Below are positions 23,064-38,000 of a stretch of 64,000 bases of DNA, piece by piece. Below the pieces are notes generated by a model that worked only from the letters and a program-made list of their open reading frames with translations, ran no database searches and was not told the DNA's origin. The stretch lies in assembly GCF_964355755.1 (NCBI RefSeq), contig NC_092678.1, positions 24,755,365 through 24,819,364 on the forward strand, read 5' to 3'. The position numbers were made by a program, and so were the translations under genes. Source of the DNA: Antedon mediterranea (Eukaryota; Animalia; Echinodermata). How positions within the stretch are numbered: position 1 is the first letter of the stretch; every line of letters begins with the position of its first letter.

Positions 23064-26000
23064 CTGAAACAAAACAATTTTAAATTATTTAGTTCATAAA
23101 AAATGTCTTCATTTGTAAATGGCGAATATTAGGTTCACTATGTGATTCCAAAAGGAAGTATAAAGTATAGTTGAGAATGCCTCAACGTTTTGGTTGATAT
23201 GCTAACCTTCTTCTGTAGAATAGGCATTATCTATGTTGATAGTACCAAATGAGAGAGTATAGTCAAAATGAGGGGGTGGTAATAATACTTGGATTAACAA
23301 TGAATTTACCAAAGTCTTCTATCCGAATTTAGCCTGAATAACCTGGTGGGATTATACCCAAGCATTATACTCAAATATGGGATATAATAACGGTACATAT
23401 ATCAGACGCATTCTGAGATGATCTGATCATATTGTCATTGGCTATTATAACTCTTTCAACCATCCTTAATGAGCTGAGATGATGTTAATTAATACATACT
23501 AATTACTTACCAAGTCTTGTCAGTTCATGTATACATTCGCCATCATAGAGTTTTGTAAGATCATTTTTGTCGTCCATGCATGCATACTTCTTTAATGCAC
23601 ATTCTGAGAGGTAAGTAGCATGATCGCTGCCACAAACCGGTTTTATATCTTTACAAATACGATGACAGTCTGTCAAATCTGTAAATTTATAAAAACAGGT
23701 ACTATGAATCTGTGGTTCACAATAAGTGAAAAAGACCTAACACAACCAGCCGAGTCTTATAGATCAGAGAAACAAATGCATACGAACATTAATTGAATAA
23801 ATTAAGTCACTTGTCCCACAATCTATTGTCACCTATAACAAATTTCTCCTACGCTAACTCATAAAGAGAACACCTGGATCGTAGATATTATTGATACTGA
23901 TAATTTTATATGTGATTTTATATAGATTTGTATTTTATATGCATATTTCTTATTATCTCTGTAGTGTATATAAGAGGAATTTCTGATGTATTTTTTTATA
24001 TTGGACCAAATAAAAAATAATAAAAAATAGAAAGTAATTTTAACACAACTTACCTATAATTTCAACAATGAGTGATCCCATACCAGAGCCTGTGGTAAGA
24101 TCACGAGGATGGTGGTCAGGGTAGTCTATACAAGGACCGGTATACTGTATATCTAGCTTATAACCAGGAAACTGACAAGCCATTCCATCTAAGGTACATT
24201 GGTTGGGATATGTGTGGTCATCTGTACCACAAACAGGCTCATATAGCATACTACATTTATCAAAACATCCTTCAGAGAAAAAATAAATAAGTTTAATGCA
24301 TGATTTATTACAGAAAAATTTACAAAATAAAGATAATCTGTATATATTATTTAATGATTCTTGTTTAAATTGCCAAAAAATAATTTACTGAGCAAAAAGA
24401 AAATATTTTCGTTTTGGGATAGAAGACAGGTTTTTCAAAAATATTACTAAAGTGAGTTTAAAATGTACCTTCAACAGCAGTAGTGGATTCCTCTTCAGTC
24501 ACCATCAAATTCAAATTTCTAATAGCAGTTGTTAATGATCCTAATTTTGACATCTTTGCCTCAAAAGCTGAAATAGTTGGATTTGTTGCAATTTCCACTC
24601 CTTCCGTGTTTGTTGATTTCGTTTTAGTAGGTATATTTGTCACTCGAATAGTTCCGTCTAATGATTCTCCAGGTTCAGGAGTGATTATATGGTGACCTGA
24701 AAAAACAAATTTGCCATAATGAGTTGAGTTTATTTTAGTCGTTGCATGGCAATAAACAGTAAATTATTATTTTCTTTAAACTTGATAAATATTGTCAACT
24801 GTAGTGTGATTCAATTGTATGAACCAAGATTAATTTGAAATAGAATTGTTAAAAGACTTTCTTAGATTATTATTAACAAAACGATATTATATAAAATGCA
24901 AAAAAAGATTGCTCAATTCTAAATTACATACCTGAGGATTCTGATTTTGTTTCATACTGCGAAGATTCTGATTCCGTGGGCTTCACAGTTAGCATAGCTG
25001 TAACATGTTTCAATAAAATAGATTTCAAAGTTGGTGTTTTTATTCCTCCAATCACACCTGGTGGTGAAGTTTCTGATTTGGTTAAAGATGATGATGATTC
25101 ACCTAACTTATGTATCAAGATTTCTTCTGTCACTTTGGAATGTCTAGATGTGTCAACAGGTAAAGTGGTGACATCAGATTTTCTTAGGTCTTGTGATGGG
25201 GTTTGTACATCACCTTGATATAAATCTTCATTCATTCTAATTGTTGTAAAAATGTATGATTCTGGTAACGGTGATGATGTTTCAAATTGAAGTGGCTCCT
25301 CCAACCCAGATCCAACTTTGACAATTTCTACGACTGATATCTTTTCAGAAACCAGCAATGATGTAGGAGATGTTTCAATGTCCGGTTGCATAGTCGTTGC
25401 AGGTGGTGTTGAATGTACTGCAGAAGATGTTGAAGATAATACATTATTTCCTTCATCTATTGACTTATCAATAGTAGTCAGTACATCTTCTGATTCAAGA
25501 AGTGGCACTTCAGTTCCTGGTCGAATTTTGTCTATTGCTACCTTATCTGAAACTGTCAATTTGGTAGTAGTAGCTTCGACTGCAATATGAACTTCTGGTC
25601 GCATACCTGTTACACTTTTTTCAACATTTTCATGAGTTCTTGATTGTGAGGAGGTCATACCTGCAATAGATTCTTCTACTAATTTAGCTGTCTGTACATC
25701 ACCTGGCTGTTCAATTGTCACTGGCTGTATCTCTGTATCAATCCCCTCCACATGACGAGGAGTAGTTGGCTGCAACTCAAGTGGTTTTTCAGTATGAGAA
25801 ACTGTTTCAGATATTGGTGTAGTTGCCTTAAGTGACATTGTATTATATTTAATAGATTTAGAATCTTTAGGATGTTCTTTTGTAGAATCGGTTTCTACCT
25901 CTCCAGAACCCATTTCAGTTACATGTTCTTTTGGAAGTTCATCAGAAATTTTAGATTTGGAGGAAGCTTCGACAACTACTGGAACTTCAGTTGGTAGAGT

Positions 26001-29000
26001 AGTTACAAAATGAGCAATGTCGTTTGGTGTTTGATCCTCTACTATGGCAGCTGTTGTTGAATCTACAGTTCCAACTAATTCTACACTTGGAATAGGTAAT
26101 GGTTTTAATGTTCTAATTTCTGATTCAACAAGTGGCATCTCAGTTCCAGATCCAGTTTCGTCAACTGATTCATCAGCAGAAACTGGCAACGATACAACTG
26201 TTAATAATTCAACTGCAATTGGTTTTGAAGTGGTTGGTACATTAATTCCTTCATCTATATGTTTAGAAGTAGTAGACTGAAATTTGTCTGGCTGGTGTAC
26301 TGGTGTTACTAGCTGCATTGTTGTAACATCTTGAATCTCCTCTACAACCTTAGAAGTGGTTGGTGAAAACTCAAGCGATTTTGCAGTTGTCATGATATCT
26401 TTAATTTCGTCAAGTTTTGAATCATTCCAATTAGCTTCAATAATTTCAACCAGTGGGGTCATAGTTTCTTTAATTGTTGCTGTAGTGTGTCCTACTGATT
26501 TACTTTCTTCTTTAATGCTCTCACTAATACTGTCTTGAGGTTGTGCAGTCTTTTGTACCTGAACACCAATCGTTGTTGAATATGAGTCAAAGGTTGGTGC
26601 AGTTACCTTAGCTGATATTGCATCTGTCTCTAACTCTCCAGAAGCAATTTCAGTCACCTGTTGTGCTACTGTAAATTTATCAGAAGTTTTTTCTACTAAT
26701 TTAGCTGTAGTAATCTGTACATCTTCTGGCTGTTGAATTGGTGTTACTGGCTGTATTTCAGTATCAACCACCTCTACATGATGAGGAGTAGTTGGCTGCA
26801 ACTCAATTGGTTTTTCAGTCTGAGAAACTGTTTCAAGGATTGGTGTAGTTGCCTTAGCTGATATTGTATCATCTGTAATAGATTTATCATCTTTAGGATG
26901 TTCTTTTGTAGAATCAATGATTTGAATTGATTCCTTTGTAACTTTTTGTTCTATGGTAGGAATAGATGTTGGTTTAAAAGTGCTAATAAATCCAGTTTCT
27001 TTATCGGGTGTATCGGTTTCTACCTCTCCAGAACCCTTTTCATCAGAAATTTTAGATTTGGTGGAAGCTTCGACAACTATTGGAACTTCAGTTGGTAGAG
27101 TAGTTACAAAATGAGCAATGTCGTTTGGTGTTTGATCCTCTACTATGGTAGCTGTTGTTGAATCTACACTTTCAACTAATTCTACACTTGGAATAGGTAA
27201 TGGTTTTAATGTTCTCATTTCTGATTCAACAAGTGGCATCTCAGTTCCAGATCCAGTTTCGTCAACTGATTCATCAGCAGAAACTGGCAACGGTACAACT
27301 GTGATTGAACCAACTGCAATTGGTTTTGAAGAGGTTGATGGTACATTAATTCCTTCATCTATATGTTTAGAAGTAGTAGACTGAAATTTGTCTGGCTGGT
27401 GTACTGGTGTTACTAGCTGCATTGTTGTAACATCATAAATCTCCTCTACAACCTTAGGAGTGGTTGGTGATAACTTAAGCGATTTTGCAGTTGATGTAAT
27501 ATCTTTATTTTCACCTAGTTTTAAATCTTTCGTCACCTCACCTTCAATAATTTCAACAAGTGGCGTCATCGTTTCTTTAATTGTTGCTGTAGTGTGTTCT
27601 ATTGGTTTACTTTCTTCTTTAATGCTCTCACTAATACTGTCTTGAGGTTGTGCACTCTTTTCTCCCTGAACATCAATCTTTGTTGAATATGAGTCAAACG
27701 TTGGTACAGTTACCTTAGCTGATATTGCATCTTCTTTTATAGCTTTATCATCTTTAGGGTGTTGTTTTGTAAAATCAATAACTTTAATAGGTTCTTTAGT
27801 AATTATTCGTTCGACGGTAGGAATAGGTGTTGGTTGAAATGTGCTAATGAAGCTTGGTTCTTTATCAGGTGTATCTGTCTCTAACTCTCCAGAAGCAATT
27901 TCAGTCACCTGTTGTGCTACTGTAAATTTATCAGAAGTTTTTTCTACTAATTTAGCTGTAGTAATCTGTACATCTTCTGGCTGTTGAATTAGTGTTACTG
28001 GCTGTATTTCAGTATCAACCACCTCTACATGATGAGGAGTAGTTGGCTGCAACTCAAGTGGCTTTTCAGTTTGAGAAACTGTTTCATGGATTGGTGTAGT
28101 TGCCTTAGATGATATTGTATCATCTTTAATAGATTTATCATCTTTAGGATGTTCTTTTGTAGAATCAATGATTTGAATAGATTCCTTTGTAACTTTTTGT
28201 TCTATGGTAGGAATGGATGTTGGTTTAAATGTGCTAATAAATCCAGTTTCTTTATCGGGTGTATCGGTTTCTACCTCTCCCGAACCCATTTCATCAGAAA
28301 TTTTAGATTTGGTGGAAGCTTCAACAACTATTGGAACTTCAGTTGGTTGAATAGTTAAAATTTGAGCAATGTCGTTTGGTGTTTGATCCTCTACTATGGC
28401 AGCTGTTGTTTTTAAATCTACAGTTTCAACTAATTCTACATTTGGAATAGGTGATGGTTTTAATGTTCTCATTTCTGATTCAACAAGAGGCATATCAGTT
28501 CCAGATCCAGTTTCATCAACTGATTCATCAGCAGAAACTGGCAACAATACAACTGTTGTTGAACCAACTTCAATTGGTTTTGAAGTGGTTGATGGTACAT
28601 TCATTCCTTCATCTATATGTTTAGAAGTAGTAGACTGAAATTCGTCTGGCTGGTGTACTGGTGTTACTAGCTGCATTGTTGTAACATCATGAATCTCCTC
28701 TACAACCTCAGGAGTGGTTGGTGAAAACTCAAGCGATTTTGCAGTTGATGTAATATCTTTAATTTCATCTAGTTTTGAATCTTTCGTCACCTCACCTTCA
28801 ATAATTTCAACAAGTGGGGTCATCGTTTCTTTAATTGTTGCTGTAGTGTAATTTATTAGTTTACTTTCTTCTTTAATGCTCTCACTAATACGGTCTTGAG
28901 GTTGTGCAGTCTTTTCTCCCAGAGCATCAATCGTTGAATATGAGCCAATTGTTGGTGTAGTTACCTTAGCTGATATTGCATCTTCTTTTAATGCCTTATC

Positions 29001-32000
29001 ACCTTTAGAGTGTTCTTTTGTAAAATCAATAACTTTAACAGGTTCTTTAGTAATTATTTGCTCGACGGTAGGAATAGATGTTGGTTTAAATGTGCTAATA
29101 AAGCTTGGTTCTTTATCAGGTGCATCGGTCTCTAACTCTCCAGAAGCAATTTCAGTCACCTGTTGTGCTACTGTAAATTTATCAGAAGTTTTTTCTACTG
29201 ATTTAGCTGTAGTAATCTGTACATCTTCTGGCTGTTGAATTGGTGTTACTGGCTGTATTTCAGTATCAACCACCTCTACATGATGAGGAGTAGTTGATTG
29301 CAACTCAAGTGGTTTTTCAGTTTGAGAAACTGTTTCAAGGATTGGTGTAGTTGCCTTAGCTGATATTGTATCATCTTTAATAGATTTATCATCTTTAGGA
29401 TGTTCTTTTGTAGAATCAATAATTTGAATAGATTCCTTTGTAACCTTTTGTTCTATGGTAGGAATGGATGTTGGTTTAAATGTGCTAATCAATCCAGTTT
29501 CTCTATCGGGTGTATCGGTTTCTAGCTCTCCAGAACCCATTTCATCAGAAAATTTAGATTTGGTGGAAGCTTCAACAACTATTGGAACTTCAGTTGGTTG
29601 AATAGTTAAAATTTGAGCAATGTCGTTTGGTGTTTGATCCTCTACTATGACAGCTGTTGTTGTTGAATCTACAGTTCCAACTAATTCTACATTTGGAAAA
29701 GGTGATGGTTTTAATGTTCTCATTTCTAATTCAACAAGTGGCATATCAGTTCCAGATCCAGTTTCATCAACTGATTCATCAGCAGAAACTGGCAACGATG
29801 CAACTGTTGTTGAACCAACTTCAATCGGTTTTGAAGTGGTTGATGGTACATTAATTCCTTCATCTATATGTTTAGAAGTAGTAGACTGAAATTCGTCTGG
29901 CTGGTGTACTGGTGTTACTAGCTGCATTGTTGTAACATCATGAATCTCCTCTACAACCTCAGGAGTGGTTGGTGAAAACTCAAGCGATTTTGCAGTTGAT
30001 GTAATATCTTTAATTTCATCTAGTTTTGAATCTTTCGTCACCTCACCTTCAATAATTTCAACAAGTGGGGTCATCGTTTCTTTAATTGTTGCTGTAGTGT
30101 ATTTTATTAGTTTACTTTCTTCTTTAATGCTCTCACTAATACGGTCTTGAGGTTGTGCAGTCTTTTCTCCCAGAGCATCAATCGTTGAATATGAGCCAAT
30201 TGTTGGTGTAGTTACCTTAGCTGATATTGCATCTTCTTTTAATGCCTTATCACCTTTAGAGTGTTCTTTTGTAAAATCAATAACTTTAACAGGTTCTTTA
30301 GTAATTATTTGCTCGACGGTAGGAATAGATGTTGGTTTAAATGTGCTAATAAAGCTTGGTTCTTTATCAGGTGTATCTGTCTTTAACTCTCCAGAAGCAA
30401 TTTCAGTCACCTGTTGTGCTACTGTAAATTTATCAGAAGTTTTTTCTACTGATTTAGCTGTAGTAATCTGTACATCTTCTGGCTGTTGAATTGGTGTTAC
30501 TGGCTGTATTTCAGTATCAACCACCTCTACATGATGAGGAGTAGTTGATTGCAACTCAAGTGGTTTTTCAGTTTGAGAAACTGTTTCAAGGATTGGTGTA
30601 GTTGCCTTAGCTGATATTGTATCATCTTTAATAGATTTATCATCTTTAGGATGTTCTTTTGTAGAATCAATAATTTGAATAGATTCCTTTGTAACCTTTT
30701 GTTCTATGGTAGGAATGGATGTTGGTTTAAATGTGCTAATCAATCCAGTTTCTCTATCGGGTGTATCGGTTTCTAGCTCTCCAGAACCCATTTCATCAGA
30801 AAATTTAGATTTGGTAGAAGCTTCAACAACTATTGGAACTTCAGTTGGTTGAATAGTTAAAATTTGAGCAATGTCGTTTGGTGTTTGATCCTCTACTATG
30901 ACAGCTGTTGTTGTTGAATCTACAGTTCCAACTAATTCTACATTTGGAAAAGGTGATGGTTTTAATGTTCTCATTTCTAATTCAACAAGTGGCATATCAG
31001 TTCCAGATCCAGTTTCATCAACTGATTCATCAGCAGAAACTGGCAACGATGCAACTGTTGTTGAACCAACTTCAATCGGTTTTGAAGTGGTTGATGGTAC
31101 ATTAATTCCTTCATCTATATGTTTAGAAGTAGTAGACTGAAATTCGTCTGGCTGGTGTACTGGTGTTACTAGCTGCATTGCTGTAACATCATGAATCTCC
31201 TCTACAACCTCAGAAGTCGTTGGTGAAAACTCAAGCGATTTTGCAGTTGATGTAATATCTTTAATTTCACCAAGTTTTAAATCTTTCGTCCCCTCACCTT
31301 CAATAATTTCAACAAGTGGCGTCATCGTTTCTTTAATTGTTCCTGTAGTGTGTTCCATTGATTTACTTTCTTCTTTAATGCTCTCACTAATACTGTCTTG
31401 AGGTTGTGCAGTCTTTTCTACCTGAACATCAATCTTTGTTGAATATGAGTCAAATGTTGGTGTAGTTACCTTAGCTGATATTGCATCTTCTTTTAAAGCT
31501 TTATCACCTTTAGAGTGTTCTTTTGTAAAATCAATAACTTTAACAGGTAGTTTAGTAATTTTTTGCTCAAAGGTAGGTGTTGGTTTAAATGTGCTAATAA
31601 AGCTTGGTTCCTTATCAGGTGTATCGGTCTCTAACTCTCCAGAAGCAATTTCAGTTTCCTTTTGTGCTACTGTAAACTCATCAGAAGTTTCAGTGGACTT
31701 AGCTGTAGTAGTCTGTACATCTTGTGGCTGTTGAATTGGTGTTACTGGCTGTATTTCAGTATCAACCACCTCTGCATGATGAGGAGTAGTTGGCTGCAAC
31801 TCAAGTGGTTTTTCAGTTTGAGAAACTGTTTCATGGATTGGTGTAGTTGCCTTAGCTGATATTGTATCATCTTTAATAGATTTAGCATCTTTAGGATGTT
31901 CTTTTGTAGAATCAATGATTTGAATTGATTCCTTTGTAACTTTTTGTTCTATGGTAGGAATGGATGTTGGTTTAAATGTGCTAATAAATCCCGTTTCTTT

Positions 32001-35000
32001 ATCGGGTGTATCAGTTTCTACCTCTCCAGAACCCATTTCATCAGAAATTTTAGATTTGGTGGAAGCTTCGACAACTATTGGAACTTCAGTTGGTAGAATA
32101 GTTACAAATTGAGCAATGTCTTTTGGTGTTTGATCCTCTACTATGGCAGCTGTTGTTGTTGAATCTACGGTTTCAACTAATTCTACATTTGGAATAGGTG
32201 ATGGTTTTAATGTTCTCATTTCTGATTCAACAAGAGGCATCTCAGTTCCAGATCCAGTTTCGTCAACAGATTCATCAGCAGAACCTGGCAACGATACAAC
32301 AGTTGTTGAACCAACTTCAATCGGTTTTGAAGTGGTTGATGGTACATTAATTCCTTCATCTATATGTTTAGAAGTAGTAGACTGAAATTCGTCTGGCTGG
32401 TATACTGGTGTTACTAGCTGCATTGTTGTAACATCATGAATCTCCTTTACAACCTTAGGAGTGGTTGGTGAAAACTTAAGCGATTTTGCAGTTGATGTAA
32501 TATCTTTAATTTCATCTAGTTTTGAATCTTTCGTCAAATCACCTTCAATAATTTTAACAAGTGGAGTCATCGTTTCTTTAATTGTTGCTGTAGTGTGTTC
32601 CATTGGTTTACTTTCTTCTTTAATGCTCTCACTAATACTGTCTTGAGGTCGTGCAGTCTTTTCTTCCTGAACATCAATCTTTGTTGAAAATGAGTCAAAT
32701 GTTGGTGTAGTTACCTTAGCTGATATTGCATCTTCTTTTAAAGCTTTATCACCTTTAGAGTGTTCTTTTGTAAAATCAATAACTTTAACAGGTTCTTTAG
32801 TAATTTTTTGCTCAAAGGTAGGTGTTGATTTAAATGTGTTAATGAAGCTTGGTTCTTTATCAGGTGCATCGGTCTCTAACTCTCCAGAAGAAATTTCAGT
32901 CACCTGTTGTGCTACTGTAAATTTATCAGAAGTTTCTTCTACTGACTTAGCTGTAGTAATCTGTACATCTTCTGGTCTTTGAATTGGTGTTACTGGCTGT
33001 ATTTCAGTATCAACCACCTCTAAATGATGAGGAGTAGTTGGCTGCAACTCAAGTGGTTTTTCAGTTTGAGAAACTGTTTCAAGGATTGGTGTAGTTGCCT
33101 TAGCTGATATTGTATCATCTTTAATAGATTTAGCATCTTTAGGGAGTTCTTTTGTAGAATCAATGATTTGAATAGATTCCTTTGTAACTTTTTGTTCTAT
33201 GGTAGGAATGGATGTTTGTTTAAATGTGCTAATAAATCCTGTTTCCTTATCGGGTGTAACGGTTTCTACCTCTCCAGAACCCATTTCATCAGAAATTTTA
33301 GATTTAGTGGAAGCTTCGACAACTATTGGAACTTCAGTTGGTAGAATAGTTACAAATTGAGCAATGTCTTTTGGTTTTTGATCCTCTACTATGGCAGCCG
33401 TTGTTGTTGAATCTACAGTTTTAACTAATTCTACATTTGGAATAGGTGATGGTTTTAATGTTCTCATTTCTGATTCAACAAGAGGCATCTCAGTTCCAGA
33501 TCCAGTTTCGTCAACTGATTCATCAGCAGAAACTGGCAACGATACAACAGTTGTTGAACCAACTTCAATTGGTTTTGAAGTGGTTGATGGTACATTAATT
33601 CCTTCATCTATATGTTTAGAAGTAGTAGACTGAAATTCGTCTGGCTGGTGTACTGGTGTTACTAGCTCCATAGTGGTAACATCATGAATCTCCTCTACAA
33701 CGTCAGGAGTGGTTGGTGAAATCTGAAGTGATTTTTCAGTTGATGTAATGTCTTTAATTTCATCTAGTTTTGAATCTTTCGTCACCTCACCTTCAATAAT
33801 TTCAACAAGTGGGGTACTTTTTTTCATTGTTTCTTTAATTGTTCCTGTAGTGTCTTCCATTGATTTACCTTCTTCTTTAATGCTCTCACTAATACTGTCT
33901 TGAGGTTGTGCACTCTTTTCTACCTGAACATCAATCTTTGTTGAATATGAGTCAAATGTTGGTGCAGTTACCCTAGCTGATATTGCATCTTCTTTTAATG
34001 CCTTATCACCTGTAGAGTGTTCTTTTGTAAAATCAATAACTTTAACAGGTTCTTTAGTAATTATTTGCTCGACGGTAGGAATAGATGTTGGTTTAAATGT
34101 GCTAATAAAGCTTGGTTGCTTATCAGGTGTACCGGTCTCTAACTCTCCAGAAGCAATTTCAGTCACCTGTTGTGCTACTGTAAATTTATCAGAAGTTTCT
34201 TCTACTGACTTAGCTGTAGTAATCTGTACATCTTCTGGTCTTTGAATTGGTGTTACTGGCTGTATTTCAGTATCAACCACCTCTACATGATGAGGAGTAG
34301 TTGGCTGCAACTCAAGTGGTTTTTCAGTCTGAGAAACTGTTTCAAGGATTGGTGTAGTTGCCTTAGATGATATTGTATCATCTTTAATAGATTTAGCATC
34401 TTTAGGATGTTCTTTTGTAGAATCAATGATTTGAATTGATTCCTTTGTAACTTTTTGTTCTATGGTAGGAATGGATGTTGGTTTAAATGTGCTAATAAAT
34501 CCCGTTTCTTTATCGGGTGTATCAGTTTCTACCTCTCCAGAACCCATTTCATCAGAAATTTTAGATTTGGTGGAAGCTTCGACAACTATTGGAACTTCAG
34601 TTGGTAGAATAGTTACAAATTGAGCAATGTCTTTTGGTGTTTGATCCTCTACTATGGCAGCTGTTGTTGTTGAATCTACGGTTTCAACGAATTCTACATT
34701 TGGAATAGGTGATGGTTTTAATGTTCTCATTTCTGATTCAACAAGAGGCACCTCAGTTCCAGATCCAGTTTCGTCAACAGATTCATCAGCAGAACCTGGC
34801 AACGATACAACAGTTGTTGAACCAACTTCAATCGGTTTTGAAGTGGTTGATGGTACATTAATTCCTTCATCTATATGTTTAGAAGTAGTAGACTGAAATT
34901 CGTCTGGCTGGTATACTGGTGTTACTAGCTGCATTGTTGTAAAATCATGAATCTCCTTTACAACCTTAGGAGTGGTTGGTGAAAACTTAAGCGATTTTGC

Positions 35001-38000
35001 AGTTGATGTAATATCTTTAATTTCACCAAGTTTTAAATCTTTCGTCACCTCACCTTCAATAATTTCAATTGTTTCTTTAATTGTTGCTGTAGTGTGTTCT
35101 ATTTGTTTACTTTCTTCTTTAATGCTCTCACTAATACTGTCTTGAGGTTGTGCAGTCTTTTCTCCCTGAACATCAATCGTTGTTGAATATGAGCCAATTG
35201 TTGGTGTAGTTACCTTAGCTGATATTGTATCTTCTTTTAAAGCTTTATCACCTTTAGAGTTTTCTTTTGTAAAATCAATAACTTTAACAGGTTGTTTAGT
35301 AATTTTTTGCTCAAAGGTAGGTGTTGGTTTAAATGTGCTAATAAAGCTTGGTTCCTTATCAGGTGTATCGGTCTCTAACTCTCCAGAAGCAATTTCAGTT
35401 ACCTTTTGTGCTACTGTAAACTCATCAGAAGTTTCAGTGGACTTAGCTGTAGTAGTCTGTACATCTTGTGGCTGTTGAATTGGTGTTACTGGCTGTATTT
35501 CAGTATCAACCACCTCTACATGATGAGGAGTAGTTGACTGCAACTCAAGTGGTTTTTCAGTCTGAGAAACTGTTTCAAGGATTGGTGTAGTTGCCTTAGA
35601 TGATATTGTATCATCTTTAATAGATTTAGCATCTTTAGGATGTTCTTTTGTAGAATCAATGATTTGAATTGATTCCTTTGTAAATTTTTGTTCTATGGTA
35701 GGAATGGATGTTGGTTTAAATGTGCTAATAAATCCCGTTTCTTTATCGGGTGTATCAGTTTCTACCTCTCCAGAACCCATTTCATCAGAAATTTTAGATT
35801 TGGTGGAAGCTTCGACAACTATTGGAACTTGAGTTGGTAGAATAGTTACAAATTGAGCAGGGTCTTTTGGTGTTTGATCCTCTACTATGGCAGCTGTTGT
35901 TGTTGAATCTACGGTTTCAACTAATTCTACATTTGGAATAGGTGATGGTTTTAATGTTCTCATTTCTGATTCAACAAGAGGCATCTCAGTTCCAGATCCA
36001 GTTTCGTCAACAGATTCATCAGCAGAACCTGGCAACGATACAACAGTTGTTGAACCAACTTCAATCGGTTTTGAAGTGGTTGATGGTACATTAATTCCTT
36101 CATCTATATGTTTAGAAGTAGTAGACTGAAATTCGTCTGGCTGGTATACTGGTGTTACTAGCTGCATTGTTGTAACATCATGAATCTCCTTTACAACCTT
36201 AGGAGTGGTTGGTGAAAACTTAAGCGATTTTGCAGTTGATGTAATATCTTTAATTTCATCTAGTTTTGAATCTTTCGTCAAATCACCTTCAATAACTTTA
36301 ACAAGTGGGGTCATCGTTTCTTTAACTGTTGCTGTAGTGTGTTCCATTGGTTTACTTTCTTCTTTAATGCTCTCACTAATACTGTCTTGAGGCTGTGCAG
36401 TCTTTTCTACCTGAACATCAATCTTTGTTGAATATGAGTCAAACGTTGGTACAGTTACCTTATCACCTTTAGAGTGTTCTTTTGTAAAATCAATAACTTT
36501 AACAGGTTCTTTAGTAATTATGTGCTCGACGGTAGGAATAGATGTTGATTTAAATGTGCTAATGAAGCTTGGTTCTTTATCAGGTGCATCGGTCTCTAAC
36601 TCTCCAGAAGCAATTTCAGTCACCCGTTGTGCTACTGTAAATTTATCATAAGTTTCTTCTACTGACTTAGCTGTAGTAATCTGTACATCTTCTGGTCTTT
36701 GAATTGGTGTTACTGGCTGTATTTCAGTATCAACCACCTCTACATGATGAGGAGTAGTTGGCTGCAACTCAAGTGGTTTTTCAGTTTGAGAAACTGTTTC
36801 AAGGATTGGTGTAGTTGCCTTAGCTGATCTTGTATCATCTTTAATAGATTTAGCATCTTTAGGGAGTTCTTTTGTAGAATCAATGATTTGAATAGGTTCC
36901 TTTGTAACTTTTTGTTCTATGGTAGGAATGGATGTTGGTTTAAATGTGCTAATAAATCGTGTTTCTTTATCGGGTGTAACGGTTTCAACCTCTCCAGAAC
37001 CCATTTCATCAGAAATTTTAGATTTAGTGGAAGCTTCGACAACTATTGGAACTTCAGTTGGTAGAATAGTTACAAATTGAGCAATGTCTTTTGGTTTTTG
37101 ATCCTCTACTATGGCAGCCGTTGTTGTTGAATCTACAGTTTTAACTAATTCTACATTTGGAATAGGTGATGGTTTTAATGTTCTCATTTCTGATTCAAAA
37201 AGAGGCATCTCAGTTCCAGATCCAGTTTCGTCTACTGATTCATCAGCAGAACCTGGCAACGATACAACAGTTGTTGAACCAACTTCAATCGGTTTTGAAG
37301 TGGTTGATGGTACATTAATTCCTTCATCTATATGTTTAGAAGTAGTAGACTGAAATTCGTCTGGCTGGTATACTGGTGTTACTAGCTGCATTGCTGTAAC
37401 ATCATGAATCTCCTTTACAACCTCAGAAGTGGTTGGTGAAATCTCAAGCGATTTTTCAGTTGATGTAATATCTTTAATTTCACCAAGTTTTAAATCTTTC
37501 GTCACCTCACCTTCAATAATTTCAACAAGTGGGGTCATTGTTTCTTTAATTGTTGCTGTAGTGTGTTCCATTGGTTTACTTTCTTCTTTAATGCTTTCAC
37601 TAATACTGTCTTGAGGTTGTGCAGTCTTTTCTACCTGAACATCAATCTTTGTTGAATATGAGTCAAACGTTGGTACAGTTACCTTATCACCTTTAGAGTG
37701 TTCTTTTGTAAAATCAATAACTTTAACAGGTTCTTTAGTAATTATTTGCTCAACGGTAGGAATAGATGTTGATTTAAATGTGCTAATGAAGCTTGGTTCT
37801 TTATCAGGTGCATTGGTCTCTAACTCTCCAGAAGCAATTTCAGTCACCCGTTGTGCTACTGTAAATTTATCAGAAGTTTCTTCTACTGACTTAGCTGTAG
37901 TAATCTGTACATCTTCTGGTCTTTGAATTGGTGTTACTGGCTGTATTTCAGTATCAACCACCTCTACATGATGAGGAGTAGTTGGCTGCAACTCAAGTGG